DNA of 64,000 nucleotides from Haliotis rufescens (Eukaryota), in the NCBI RefSeq assembly GCF_023055435.1, contig NW_025963835.1, positions 29,822,001 to 29,886,000 on the forward strand. The letters run 5' to 3'. Made by a program: the position numbers and the translations under genes. The notes under the pieces are model-generated. The model saw nothing but the letters and a program-made list of their open reading frames with translations, was not told the DNA's origin and searched no databases. Shown piece after piece: positions 36,698 to 49,514 of this stretch; position 1 is the stretch's first letter; every line of letters begins with the position of its first letter.

Positions 36698-39600
36698 TCT
36701 GTGCTCTGAGTATGACCACTGTATGTTCTGTGTATGACATCTGTGTGTTCTGTGTATGGCCACTGTGTGTTCTGTGTTTGATATGTGTGTTCTGTGTATG
36801 GCCACTGTGTGTTCTGTGTATGACCACTGTGTGTTCTGTGTTTGACCATTGTGTGTTCTGTGTATGACATCTGTGTGCTCTGAGTATGACCACTGTATGT
36901 TCTGTGTATGACATCTGTGTGTTCTGTGTATGGCCACTGTGTGTTCTGTGTTTGACATCTGTGTGTTCTGTGTATGGCCACTGTGTGTTCTGTGTTTGAT
37001 ATGTGTGTTCTGTGTATGGCCACTGTGTGTTCTGTGTATGACCACTGTGTGTTCTGTGTTTGACCATTGTGTGTTCTGTGTATGACATCTGTGTGCTCTG
37101 AGTATGACCACTGTATGTTCTGTGTATGACATCTGTGTGTTCTGTGTATGGCCACTGTGTGTTCTGTGTTTGACATCTGTGTGTTCTGTGTATGGCCACT
37201 GTGTGTTCTGTGTATGACCACTGTGTGTTCTGTGTTTGACCATTGTGTGTTCTGTGTATGACAAATGTGTGTTCTGTGTATGACCAATGTGTGTTCTGTG
37301 TATGACCGCTGTGTGTTCTGTGTATGACCACTGTGTGTTCTGTGTTTGACATCTGTGTGTTCTGTGTATGGCCACTGTGTGTTCTGTGTTTGATATGTGT
37401 GTTCTGTGTATGGCCACTGTGTGTTCTGTGTATGACCACTGTGTGTTCTGTGTTTGACCATTGTGTGTTCTGTGTATGACATCTGTGTGCTCTGAGTATG
37501 ACCACTGTATGTTCTGTGTATGACATCTGTGTGTTCTGTGTATGGCCACTGTGTGTTCTGTGTTTGACATCTGTGTGTTCTGTGTATGGCCACTGTGTGT
37601 TCTGTGTATGACCACTGTGTGTTCTGTGTTTGACCATTGTGTGTTCTGTGTATGACAAATGTGTGTTCTGTGTATGACCAATGTGTGTTCTGTGTATGAC
37701 CGCTGTGTGTTCTGTGTATGACCACTGTGTGTTCTGTGTTTGACATCTGTGTGTTCTGTGTATGACATCTGTGTGTTCTGTGTTTGACCACTGTGTGTTC
37801 TGTGTTTGACCATTGTGTGTTCTGTGTATGACATCTGTGTGTTCTGTGTATGACCAATGTGTGTTCTGTGTATGACCAATGTGTGTTCTGTGTATGACCA
37901 CTGTGTGTTCTGTGTATGACCACTGTGTGTTCTGTGTATGACATCTGTGTGTTCTGTGTTTGACCACTGTGTGTTCTGTGTATGACATCTGTGTGTTCTG
38001 TGTTTGACATCTGTGTGTTCTGTGTATGACCAATGTGTGTTCTGTGTATCACCACTGTGTGTTCTGTGTATGACCACTGTGTGTTCTGTGTATGGCCGCT
38101 GTGTGTTCTGTGTATGACATCTGTGTGTTCTGTGTACAACATCTGTGTGTTCTGTGTACAACATCTGTGTGTTCTGTGTATGACCACTGTGTGTTCTGTG
38201 TTTGACCACTGTGTGTTCTGTGTTTGACCACTGTGTGTTCTGTGTATGACCACTGTGTGTTCCGGTTTGACATCTGTGTGTTCTGTGTATGACCACTGTG
38301 TGTTCTGTGTATGACCGCTGTGTGTTCTGTGTATGACATCTGTGTGTTCTGTGTATGACATCTGTGTTTTCTGTGTATGACATCTGTTTGTTCCGTGTTT
38401 GACCACTGTGTGTTCTGTGTATGACATCTGTGTGTTCTGTGTTTGACATCTGTGTGTTCTGTGTATGACCACTGTGTGTTCTGTGTATGACCACTGTGTG
38501 TTCTGTGTTTGACCACTGTGTGTTCTGTGTATGACCACTGTGTGTTCTGTGTATGACCACTGTGTGTTCTGTGTTTGACCACTGTGTGTTCTGTGTATGA
38601 CCACTGTGTGTTCTGTGTATGACATCTGTGTCCTGTGTATGACCAATGTGTGTTCTGTGTATGACTATCATGTGTCCTGTGTATGACCACTGTGTGTCCA
38701 GTGTATGACTATCATGAGTCCTGTGTATGACATCTGTGTGTTCTGTGTATGACCACTGTGTGTTCTGTGTATGGCCGCTGTGTGTTCTGTGTATGACATC
38801 TGTGTTTTCTGTGTATGACATCTGTTTGTTCCGTGTTTGATCACTGTGTGTTCTGTGTATGACATCTGTGTGTTCTGTGTTTGACATCTGTGTGTTCTGT
38901 GTATGACCACTGTGTGTTCTGTGTATGACCACTGTGTGTTCTGTGTTTGACCACTGTGTGTTCTGTGTATGACCACTGTGTGTTCCGGTTTGACATCTGT
39001 GTGTTCTGTGTATGACCACTGTGTGTTCTGTGTATGACCGCTGTGTGTTCTGTGTATGACATCTGTGTGTTCTGTGTATGACATCTATGTTTTCTGTGTA
39101 TGACATCTGTTTGTTCCGTGTTTGACCACTGTGTGTTCTGTGTATGACATCTGTGTTTTCTGTGTTTGACATCTGTGTGTTCTGTGTATGACCACTGTGT
39201 GTTCTGTGTATGACCACTGTGTGTTCTGTGTATGACCACTGTGTGTTCTGTGTATGACCACTGTGTGTTCTGTGTTTGACCACTGTGTGTTCTGTGTATG
39301 ACCGCTGTGTGTTCTGTGTATGACATCTGTGTTCTGTGTATGACATCTGTGTGTTCTGTGTATGACATCTGTGTTTTCTGTGTATGACATCTGTGTGTTC
39401 CGTGTTTGACCACTGTGTGTTCTGTGTATGGCCACTGTGTGTCCAGTGTATGACTATCATGTGTCCTGTGTATGACCACTGTGTGTTCTGTGTATGACTA
39501 TCATGTGTCCTGTGTATGACCACTGTGTGTCCAGTGTATGACTATCATGTGTCCTGTGTATGACATCTGTGTGTTCTGTGTATGACCACTGTGTGTTCTG

Positions 39601-41683
39601 TGTATGGCCGCTGTGTGTTCTGTGTATGACATCTGTGTTTTCTGTGTATGGCATCTGTTTGTTCCGTGTTTGACCACTGTGTGTTCTGTGTATGACATCT
39701 GTGTGTTCTGTGTTTGACATATGTGTGTTCTGTGTATGACCACTGTGTGTTCTGTGTATGACCACTGTGTGTTCTGTGTTTGACCACTGTGTGTTCTGTG
39801 TATGACCACTGTGTGTTCTGTGTATGACCACTGTGTGTTCTGTGTTTGACCACTGTGTGTTCTGTGTATGACCACTGGGTGTTCTGTGTATGACCACTGT
39901 GTGTTCTGTGTATGACCACTGTGTGTTCTGTGTTTGACCACTGTGTGTTCTGTGTATGACCACTGTGTGTTCTGTGTATGACCGCTGTGTGTTCTGTGTA
40001 TGACATATGTGTGTTCTGTGTATGACCACTGTGTTTTCTGTGTATGACATCTGTGTGTTCCGTATTTGACCACTGTGTGATCTGTGTATGGCCACTGTGT
40101 GTCCAGTGTATGACCACTGTGTGTTCTGTGTTTGACCACTGTGTGTTCTGTGTATGACATCTGTGTTCTGTGTATGACATCTGTGTTTTCTGTGTATGAC
40201 ATCTGTGTGTTCCGTGTTTGACCACTGTGTGTTCTGTGTATGGCCACTGTGTGTCCGGTGTATGACTATCATGTGTCCTGTGTATGACCACTGTGTGTTC
40301 TGTGTTTGACCACTGTGTGTTCTGTGTATGACCAATGTGTGCTCTGTGTATGGCCGCTGTGTGTTCTGTGTATGACACCTGTGTGTTCTGTGTACGACAT
40401 CTGTGTGTTCTGTGTATGACCACTGTGTGTTCTGTGTATGACCACTGTGTGTTCTGTGTATGACCACTGTGTGTTCTGTGTATGACCTCTGTGTGTTCTG
40501 TGTATGACCGCTGTGTGTTCTGTGTATGACATCTGTGTTCTGTGTATGACATCTGTGTGTTCTGTGTATGACATCTGTGTTTTCTGTGTATGACATCTGT
40601 GTGTTCCGTGTTTGACATCTGTGTGTTCTGTGTATGGCCACTGTGTGTCCAGTGTATGACTATCGTGTGTCCTGTGTATGACCACTGTGTGTTCTTTGTT
40701 TGACCACTGTGTGTTCTGTGTATGACCACTGTGTGTTCTGTGTATGACCACTGTGTGTTCTGTGTATGGCCGCTGTGTGTTCTGTGTATGACATCTGTGT
40801 GTTCTGTGTACAACATCTGTGTGTTCTGTGTACAACATCTGTGTGTTCTGTGTATGACCACTGTGTGTTCTGTGTATGACCACTATGTGTTCTGTGTATG
40901 ACCACTGTGTGTTTTGTGTATGACCACTGTGTGTTCTGTGTGTGACCACTGTGTGTTCTGTGTATGACCACTGTGTGTTCTGTGTATGACCACTGTGTGT
41001 TCTGTGTATGACCACTGTGTGTTCTGTGTATGACCTCTGTGTGTTCTGTGTATGACATCTGTGTGTTCTGTGTATAACATCTGTGTGATCTGTGTTTGAC
41101 CACTGTGTGTTCTGTGTTTGACCACTGTGTGTTCTGTGTATGACCACTGTGTGTTCTGTGTTTGACATCTGTGTGTTCTGTGTATGACATGTGTGTGTTC
41201 TGTGTATGACCACTGTGTTTTCTGTGTATGACATCTGTGTGTTCCGTATTTGACCACTGTGTGATCTGTGTATGGCCACTGTGTGTCCAGTGTATGACCA
41301 CTGTGTGTTCTGTGTTTGACCACTGTGTGTTCTGTGTATGACCACTGGGTGTTCTGTGTATGACCACTGTGTGTTCTGTGTATGACCACTGTGCGTTCTG
41401 TGTTTGACCACTGTGTGTTCTGTGTATGACCACTGTGTGTTCTGTGTATGACCGCTGTGTGTTCTGTGTATGACATATGTGTGTTCTGTGTATGACCACT
41501 GTGTTTTCTGTGTATGACATCTGTGTGTTCCGTATTTGACCACTGTGTGATCTGTGTATGGCCACTGTGTGTCCAGTGTATGACCACTGTGTGTTCTGTG
41601 TTTGACCACTGTGTGTTCTGTGTATGACCACTGGGTGTTCTGTGTATGACCAAGGTGTGTTCTGTGTATGACATCTGTGTGTA
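36698..41683. repeat. About 5-kb array of 22-bp units (tgtgtgttctgtgtatgaccac) in Kz2 intron 1
   Basis: Direct; roughly 225 units, with recurring variant blocks. Confidence 0.97.
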
Positions 41684-41708
41684 AATTATTGATACTTTTG
41701 TGTGTGTT

Positions 41709-41710
<2 letters not shown>

Positions 41711-41775
<65 letters not shown>
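41711..41775. repeat. (GA)n microsatellite
   Basis: Direct. Confidence 0.95.
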
Positions 41776-41779
<4 letters not shown>

Positions 41780-42066
41780 TAGATATCTACAGTAAATTAT
41801 TGATACTTTTCGTACTTATAATAGCGGTTCCCAATAAAATGTCCGGGGATCAAGTATTCACAAAAATGAATATCATAAAACGTAAACGCTTTATCCCTTG
41901 TTTCGTGAAATGATTTGTGTTCATTTTTCACTACCTCATGAAAGACTTTGCTCCACATTTTGGTGCCCATTTACAGTCAAGATGTTGATCACTTATCACT
42001 GCCCTGTGTGAACATGAGACATTGTGTGACAGATTGACAGACATAGAGACTGTTTGGTGTACTCAC

Positions 42067-42103
42067 GGGCAGACAGTAGGAGGCAGACGGTGGACGTACG
42101 CAT
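42067..42103 (-). CDS. Kz2 functional signal-peptide exon (MRTSTVCLLLSA-LIVLTDQKG)
   Basis: agcaacATG at 42103, 12 codons + 1 nt, donor c|gtgagt, phase 1 fits 36366. Upstream acceptor ttcctgtag at 42169. Joined CDS is 717 nt = 238 aa. Confidence 0.75.
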
Positions 42104-42687
42104 GTTGCTGATCGTGCACTCGCTGGACACTCGAGTACCTGTCGCCTGTCAAGCTGCCACGGCCCATCCTACAGGAAACCAGTCTATAGTACACTACTTT
42201 CAGATCCCGTGGAACACTGTGCGTTAGTGTAGATAAGAATGTTTCCCAGTACACAAGTGCATAGTCGCAGTGTGTGACCCCGTGGGGATCCGGGTTAGAA
42301 TTGGCCCCCAGTAACCTATGCTTGTCGAAATAAAAGCGACAAAACCCTTTCCATATTCATAAGAAATATGTGTCAAAAGCTGTCCACTGTACGATATCCG
42401 ACCATATCATGATCATATGTTTATCAATGCCTATCAATTAGTGATAACACCAGGAGTTTGCGAAAACGTGAGCGTATCCTGCCCCACCGTTGGCACCCTC
42501 ACAAACACATGCAAAGGCAAGTCAAATATTCACTTGAAAAAACCTGACTACCTGTACAATTAGGTAACACTACACTGTAGGTACACTTGGCTTACACTAG
42601 ACTACATGTACACTTAAGTAACACCCCACTGCAGGTACAGTCCGCTGTGCCGTTTATCAACATTCACGAAGCCGAGACCAGACTCAC

Positions 42688-42730
42688 CAATAGCCAGTCA
42701 AACAACCAGTGGTACCAAGGGACAGTGCAT
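42688..42730 (-). pseudogene. Disabled signal exon homologous to Kz3/Kz4 exon 1 (MHCPLVPLVV*LAI)
   Basis: Same 43-nt length and the same ctggctattg|gtgagtctgg end as Kz3. In-frame TGA at 42700-42698. Confidence 0.7.
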
Positions 42731-42964
42731 GGTGTGGAGGTGTGGAGGTGTGGAGATGTGAAGGTGTGAAGGTGTGAAGGTGTGAAGGTGTCAGAGTGAC
42801 GTATGCCTGAAGGAAATTCCTAGCACTCCTAATCTCCGGAGATGAGCCCAGAACACATGGCATGCACATTTTGCTACATACACTAAGACATGTAGCATTG
42901 GGTCTGGATCAGGCCATCTTATATTTTGGCTGGACTAACGAGTCTATGCATAGTCCAATCAAAA

Positions 42965-43235
42965 TCGTCTAAGGCGCTGCGATTCGCTGTGCAGAGTGGC
43001 GTCCCTTGGGCACGCCAGAAACCTATTATTATTATTATTAAACATATTTTATTGTCCAAAAAGACAAAGGGATTGGGCACAAGTGCGGCACTTATTACCG
43101 CCTTCTCCCTATTACCGCCTTCTCCGCCAGAAACCTATAATTGTGGGTTCGAATCCCGGTTCGCCCCGATTATGTTTCTAGGTTTGTCAGCACCATACCC
43201 GTACTCGTGGGTTTCACCGAAGTGGTTTACGTCTG
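42965..43235 (+). mobile_element. SINE family 4 interrupted by a 98-bp retro-insertion
   Basis: 14-bp TSD cgccagaaacctat at 43013-43026 and 43125-43138 around a - strand (TAA)n-tailed insert. Confidence 0.8.
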
Positions 43236-43649
43236 GCGAAATCGAAATCCGGTTCGTAAATTTCGGTCGATTGCAGGATTTACAAAGCATGTGTACCGCC
43301 AACTTGGCGTCAACAGACATTTTCCAAATCTTTTCATGTCTTTAATAAATGTGCTCACGTGATTTGATGCGCTTTGCGAAGTAAGACCCGTTTTATCATA
43401 ATATAGATCTTGATTATCGATCGAACGTCCTGACTGGGCGCCGCCATTTTGTTTGAAGCAAATGCAAGCGATACGAGAGGTGGCATCTGATTGGTCAATA
43501 GGAGAGGCATAGAAGGGACATAACCCGTAATAGATCGAGCCAAGAAAATCCAGCCTAGTTCGGCAAGGGTGGAAACGTGACATTTACAGTCAGTTAACTC
43601 TCTTGCCTCGGGAAGATGGAATCAGGCCAAAAACGACAACATTTTACCG

Positions 43650-45240
43650 GTCTGTACCTGGGCTGTCTACATAATCAGTATCTGTACCTGGACTGTCTGC
43701 AACATCAGTATCTGTACCTGGACTGTTTACATAATCAATATCTGTACCTGGACTGTCTGCAACATATGTATCTGTACCTGGACTATCAACAAAATCAGTA
43801 TCTGTACCTGGACTGTCCACATACTCAGTATCTGTACCTGGACTGTCTACATAATCAATATCTGTACCTGGACTGTCTGCAACATCAGTATCTGTACCTG
43901 GACTGTCTACAACATCAGTGTCTGTACCTGGACTGTTTGAAACATCAGTATCTGTATCTGGACTGTCTACATAATCAATTTCTGTACCTGGACTGTCTGC
44001 AACATCAGTATCAGTACCTGGACTGTCTACATAATCAGTATCTATACCTGAACTGTCTACATAATCAGTATCTGTCCCTGGACTGTCTGCAACATCAGTA
44101 TCTGTACCTGGACTATTAACATAATCAGTATCAGTACCTGGACTGTCTACATAATCAGTATCTATACCTGAACTGTCTACATAATCAGTATCTGTCCCTG
44201 GACTGTCTGCAACATCAGTATCTGTACCTGGACTATTAACATAATCAGTATCTGTATCTGGACTGTCTACATAATCAATTTCTGTACCTGGACTGTCTGC
44301 AACATCAGTATCAGTACCTGGACTGTCTACATAATCAGTATCTATACCTGAACTGTCTACATAATCAGTATCTGTCCCTGGACTGTCTGCAACATCAGTA
44401 TCTGTACCTGGACTATTAACATAATCAGTATCAGTACCTGGACTGTCTACATAATCAGTATCTATACCTGAACTGTCTACATAATCAGTATCTGTCCCTG
44501 GACTGTCTGCAACATCAGTATCTGTACCTGGACTATTAACATAATCAGTATCTGTACCTGGACTGTCTACATAATCAGTATCTATACCTGGACTGTCTGC
44601 AACATCATACCTGTACCTGGACTGTCTACATAATCAGTATCTATACCTGAACTGTCTACATAATCAGTATCTGTCCCTGGACTGTCTGCAACATCAGTAT
44701 CTGTACCTGGACTATTAACAAAATCAGTATCTGTACCTGGACTGTCTACATAATCAGTATCTGTACCTGGACTGTCTACACAGTCACTATCTGTACCTGA
44801 ACTGTCTGCAACATCAGTATCTGTACCTGGACTGTCTGAAGAATCAGTATCTGTACCTGGACTGTCTACGTAATCAGTATCTGTACCTGGAGTGTCTACA
44901 TAATCAGTATCTGTACCTGGACTGTCTACATAATCGGTATCTGTACCTGGACTGTCTACATAGTCGGTATCTGTACCTGGACTGTCTACATAATCAATAT
45001 ATGTACCTGGACTGTCTACAACATCAGTATCTGTATCTGGACTGTCTACAGCATCAGTATCTGTACCTGGACTGTCTACATAATCAGTATCTGTACCTGG
45101 ACTGTCTATATATTCAGTATCTGTACCTGGACTGTCTACATAATCAGTATCTGTACCTCGACTGTCTATAACATCAGTATATGTACCTGGACTGTCTATA
45201 ACATCAGTATATGTACATGGACTGTCGACAACATCACTAT
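43650..45240. repeat. 30-bp minisatellite (tctgtacctggactgtctacataatcagta), about 53 units, with a 120-bp sub-period
   Basis: Direct. Confidence 0.95.
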
Positions 45241-45560
45241 GTATATTTATACAAGCAGTAACCGGACTATCTGTGACGTACTGTACGATGACTCGCAATC
45301 AGCTGACCTGACTCCCCGATCAATTAAGTTGCTAACTGAGACCAGCATGTGTTGCATTCCAACCTGGAAGTCCCACGGTGAATAAATTCTTAATATTCAT
45401 CGCCGTGATACAGAAATTAATGTAAATCCATTTTGATCCTTGTTACTGGTGTTTAATACCACAGACATATTTACAGTACAGAAATCAGTGTCCGCATCGC
45501 TTAAATACAGGTCCATCATATGGTACTTGAAACATGCATTTCGTCATATTGGGCATGAAT

Positions 45561-45678
45561 TTATCCAATCAGAATAGACTTCGGTGTTGACTTCAAGGGG
45601 AGGCCGTTCTCGTGACACTTTGCGGGGTTGGTCGGCTCCAGGTCAGGCTTGAAACATTTCATTTTGGCAAAAAGGCAC
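45561..45678 (-). CDS. Kz3 exon 4 (CLFAKMKCFKPDLEPTNPAKC...KSILIG*)
   Basis: Acceptor ttatccaag|g, phase 2; TAA at 45563-45561. Confidence 0.87.
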
Positions 45679-45779
45679 CTTGGATAAAGAAACTTTGTGT
45701 CAGTAAAAAACAAAATAATACAAGGAAGTGCTGAGGTTCGTCTATCACTGAAACACACTGCAGGTCACACTTGTCTTTA

Positions 45780-45874
45780 ACTACTACTACTACAACAACT
45801 ACTGCTACTACTACCAAAACATCTACTACTACTGCTGCTTCTACAATAACAACAAGTACTACTACAACTACTAT

Positions 45875-45914
<40 letters not shown>

Positions 45915-45916
45915 GA

Positions 45917-45950
<34 letters not shown>

Positions 45951-45972
45951 GCAGCAACTACAACTACTACTA
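45780..45972. repeat. (CTA)n microsatellite in Kz3 intron 3
   Basis: Direct. Confidence 0.9.
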
Positions 45973-45994
45973 TTGATGATTATGATGATCCTAC

Positions 45995-46243
45995 TGGTTT
46001 GTGTACACCTTCCCATCCGTGGCACAGATGTCGGAGTCTACGTGATTCCCACAGATGATGGTGTTGATGTTGGTACAGAAAACGTCTTTGATCAGGTCAT
46101 ATCCCGGGTCATGGCCCCACGTGACGGTGCTTGGAAGGATGGTGGTCATGTGACTGGCTGGAGATGGCGTGACGTCACAGGCTCCTTTGTGATTGAACAG
46201 TATGGTGGAAGATGGCCGACATCTTGCTTTGGCAAACACGCAG
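45995..46243 (-). CDS. Kz3 exon 3 (33-aa linker)
   Basis: Acceptor cacattcag|c, donor ca|gtagga; CVFAKARC...KGAC...FCTNINTIICGNHVDSDICATDGKVYTN. Confidence 0.9.
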
Positions 46244-46682
46244 CTGAATGTGGATGGAAAAATAGAAGCAGTATTTTGGAACTGCAAATATATAGTTTAT
46301 TCGTGTAATAGTGGGAAAGTAATACATTTATATGTATGATGTGATCAAGATGTCATTTCTATATCTCCGGTCTAATATAGAATGAAAAGTAGCATATTCC
46401 TGGCGTAATATTGAATGTAAAGTAGCATATTCCTGGTGTACTATTGAATTGAAAGTTGATTTTCCTGGTGTGATATTGAATGGAAAGTAGGATCTCAATG
46501 CTGTAATATTGAACGCATAAATAGTCGAGCTGTATGGGCAAGCAGTATATCAATCAGTGGGGAGGGTGGATATGCCTGATGTGATATTATGTTATATTAA
46601 ACTGCAGTTATGTGGAAAGGAATATATTCCTGATGTATCGGCGAATGCGGTAATATACCCAGGGTAATACTGAATGGAAATA

Positions 46683-46835
46683 GTGAGTGAGTGAGTATGG
46701 TTTGTAATATCCCAGCAATATCACGGCGGGGGACACCAGAAATGGGCTTTTACACATTGTACTCATGTAGGGAATTGAACCCTGATCTTCGGCTTGATGG
46801 GCGAATGCTTTAACCACCTGGCTACCCAACCGTCC
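46683..46835 (-). mobile_element. SINE family 1, shared with the Kz4 paralog (58583-58735)
   Basis: TSD tgaatggaaata; same position in both paralogs. Confidence 0.85.
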
Positions 46836-47122
46836 TTTGAATGGAAATAACCAATATTCTATTCCTCATACAAATGTATACACTACGTTCCTCCATAAAT
46901 CATACGGCCGAGATACAGCTTAGTCGCTTAGTGGAACCTACGAGTCAAACCACGGTCTGGTTCAAGGAGATGTGAACAAGGGAATGTTCAGACCAAGTAG
47001 CGTTCAGATTAAATCGGCCCTACACATTGCTTCCATATCAGCCAACGGGAGGGTTCGAAAAAGGTTCATCGATAGAATTGTGCTTATCCGACTATATAGA
47101 TATACACGCAGTAGTATAGACG

Positions 47123-47300
47123 ATGAGTGAGTGAGTGAGTTAGTGAGTATGGTTTTACGCCGCTTTTAGCAATATTCCAGCAATATCACGGCGGGGGACA
47201 CCAGAAATGGGCTTCACACATTGTACCCATGTCGGGAATCGAACCCGGGTCTTCGGCGTGACGAGCGAACGCTTTAACCACTAGGCTACCCGACCGCCCC
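47123..47300 (-). mobile_element. SINE family 1, specific to Kz3
   Basis: TSD ta(t/a)agacgatgag; empty site in Kz4 at about 58925-58940. Confidence 0.9.
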
Positions 47301-47587
47301 TTATAAAGACGATGAGGGTTGTATAGACGATGTATCACCCCACCCTGGAACAGGTCCAGCTCCTGACAATGTGCCCTCACTTCGTTGCCAGACTCACAAT
47401 AGACACGTGTCACTGCTACACATATACCGGTAGTGTGTATTCACGGGTGAGAGGGAACGTAGTGAATGGAAACCCCTGAAGGGTTGAAGATGATGGCTAC
47501 CAGGAACTTGTGGTTCGCTGATTCTGTTTGCATCCTCCACATTTAGGCCTACTCATTTACGATTATTCTGCCCCTGAACACACTCAC

Positions 47588-47777
47588 TGGTCGGGGTAGG
47601 TGACTTGGTCGGTGCCACACATTGTCTCGTGGTCTGTGACTTTGTGAAGACTGCAGTCAAATTTCAAGATGGCGGCGCACAACGTGGCGGAGAAAGGATT
47701 TTTGTGTGGGTGGTTGAGGACCTCTTCCACTGGCCTCGCATGAGCATTCAGTGTCCATTGAATATCGGACAGAAGCA
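47588..47777 (-). CDS. Kz3 exon 2 (Kazal-1 N-half)
   Basis: Acceptor gttttag|tg, donor ca|gtgagt; LCAAILKFDCSLHKVTDHETMCGTDQVTYPD. Confidence 0.9.
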
Positions 47778-47870
47778 CTAAAACATATTTTGGTTACACT
47801 CCATAACATACACAATTGGGTTACATTACAGTTTATGTATAGATAATGCTATAAGTACATTTGGGTAACA

Positions 47871-49226
47871 TAATATGTCAAAAACATAGGAGATAGGGGG
47901 TCAATTTGCGTTACTAACACTTGGTAAAATCTGTTGGCCAGACATGCGATTTCTTCAAGACATGCTTCTGATGAGTCGACCAATGTCAGCTTACCTTATG
48001 TTATTCCACTCATCAGTAAGAGCAACACAGAGTTCATTAGAGTGTTAGGTGGATTTTGACGTTGACGTAACCGTCTGTCAATGACATCTCAGGCATGTCC
48101 AAAGGGGGGTAAAAAAGTGCTGTGTGATGGCCATGGCATGACATTGAGGTTTTGCTGTTGAAGGTATTGGGTCACGATCCTTGCACGATGGGTACGTGCA
48201 TTTTCATGTTAAATGTGCAAATGGCACTAGGAGCGTGTCCGTGACTGCCATGGACAATATGAAGCGCAGTCCAGCCAGTCATTGTGATACCAATCAATAC
48301 CATTATGGCCCCACCCCAAAACGATCCTGCTGTATGACGTTAACGCCCATAAAACCCTCATAGGTCGTCTCCAAACTCGATTCCTTCGGTCAGGGAAGTT
48401 GAGAGTGAACCGAGAATCGTCAGGACACATGGCAGTAGCCCAACATCGATTTTCCCACTTCTGACGTTACTCCATAGACGCCTCTGATTTAAATGACGTG
48501 CAGTACGTTGTGGGATGACATGTGGACGTCGTGCACGTAAATGCCATCTGTGTAGACGATTTCGCACCGTCTGGGCATGTACTCTCACAACATTTGCCTG
48601 TTGCAACCGATCCGTAATCGGAGTGGCGGTTTGCAAGGAATTTCTTAATGCCATCATTCTGATTAATCTGTCCTGTGCCGGAGTTGTTGCCCTTGGGCGT
48701 CCGGAGCGGTGGCAAGTACTGACGTTAGGCGTTTGTTGGTATCGAGCCCACAATCTGCTGATGACATACAGTAAACTACGTTTATAACGAACATGTTTAT
48801 AACGAACTGACGGATATAACGAACTTATTTTTTGGTCCCGGCCATTTGATGTATATATGCTGTATATATGCTTTTAACGAACTACGGTTATTACGAACTA
48901 AAATTAGTGGTCCCTTTGAGTTCGTTATAACCGTAGTTTACTGTATTGAGAAACATTAATAATTCTGACGTGTGCCCATTACTGCAATGTCGCTTCCTTA
49001 ATGATTAAATGTGTTAATAAAGTGTCTTTGGGTGTTTGGTTCCAATAAAGAATATGCCAAAAATATGTCATACCACCCCTTACACGTGCTGTCCGAGGTC
49101 ATGACTGTGACAGTGTTGTGTTTGGGTGATTGATTTCTCCAGACATTTTCATAAATCAATTACTTTCATGGCCAGAACCTATTCTTTCACCTCAAAACAA
49201 AATATCTCCTACTAATTTTGCGTAGT
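47871..49226 (-). mobile_element. Degenerate Tc1-like transposon (paralogous copy at about 59475-60980)
   Basis: RSGRPRATTPAQDRLIR...TVRNRL and DDSRFTL..DRRNRVWRR; imperfect TIR (taggagata / tatctccta). Confidence 0.85.
48769..48943. mobile_element. TA-flanked MITE nested in the Tc1 relic
   Basis: Same family as 10850-11023; empty site in the paralog at about 60421-60440. Confidence 0.92.
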
Positions 49227-49514
49227 ACAGTCAAGTCTGGTTAATCCGACAGTTGGTTTTATCCGACACTAATGATGGGAACCGATTAAATCAGTTCTAT
49301 TTAGCTTCGTTAATCCGAGGGTCTCGCACTCCGACTCCAGCACACCTAATTTGCAACGAATTACCGAAATCACTCATTAATAAGCCTCGTTAATCCGACA
49401 CAGTGATCAGCGTACTCCATGGTCATCTGCCCGCAAGCCCTGTGTTTTGATGCGAGTCGAGCCGGTTGATAGCTGCATATTACAACGGCAGCAGAGGTAA
49501 ACTTGCTTAACAAT

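Noticed and set aside
36638-41674. Very long His/Thr-rich ORFs (up to 961 aa)
   Set aside because: Products of a 22-bp tandem array that is open in all three - frames. The array lies in Kz2 intron 1 and has no unique sequence.
42698-42700. In-frame TGA as selenocysteine or read-through
   Set aside because: It falls in a signal peptide at a Gln position, no SECIS was recognised, and an alternative intact signal exon explains the gene.
44582-45298. Acidic DSPGTDTDYV-repeat ORF resembling a shell-matrix protein
   Set aside because: 30-bp minisatellite, non-ATG start, a frameshift near 44608, no signal peptide, and the opposite strand is also open. RNA-seq would be needed to revive it.
45771-46058. 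Poly-Thr ORF as an extra mucin exon of Kz3
   Set aside because: Poly-Thr is read on the + strand while the gene is on the - strand; it is an intronic (CTA)n microsatellite.
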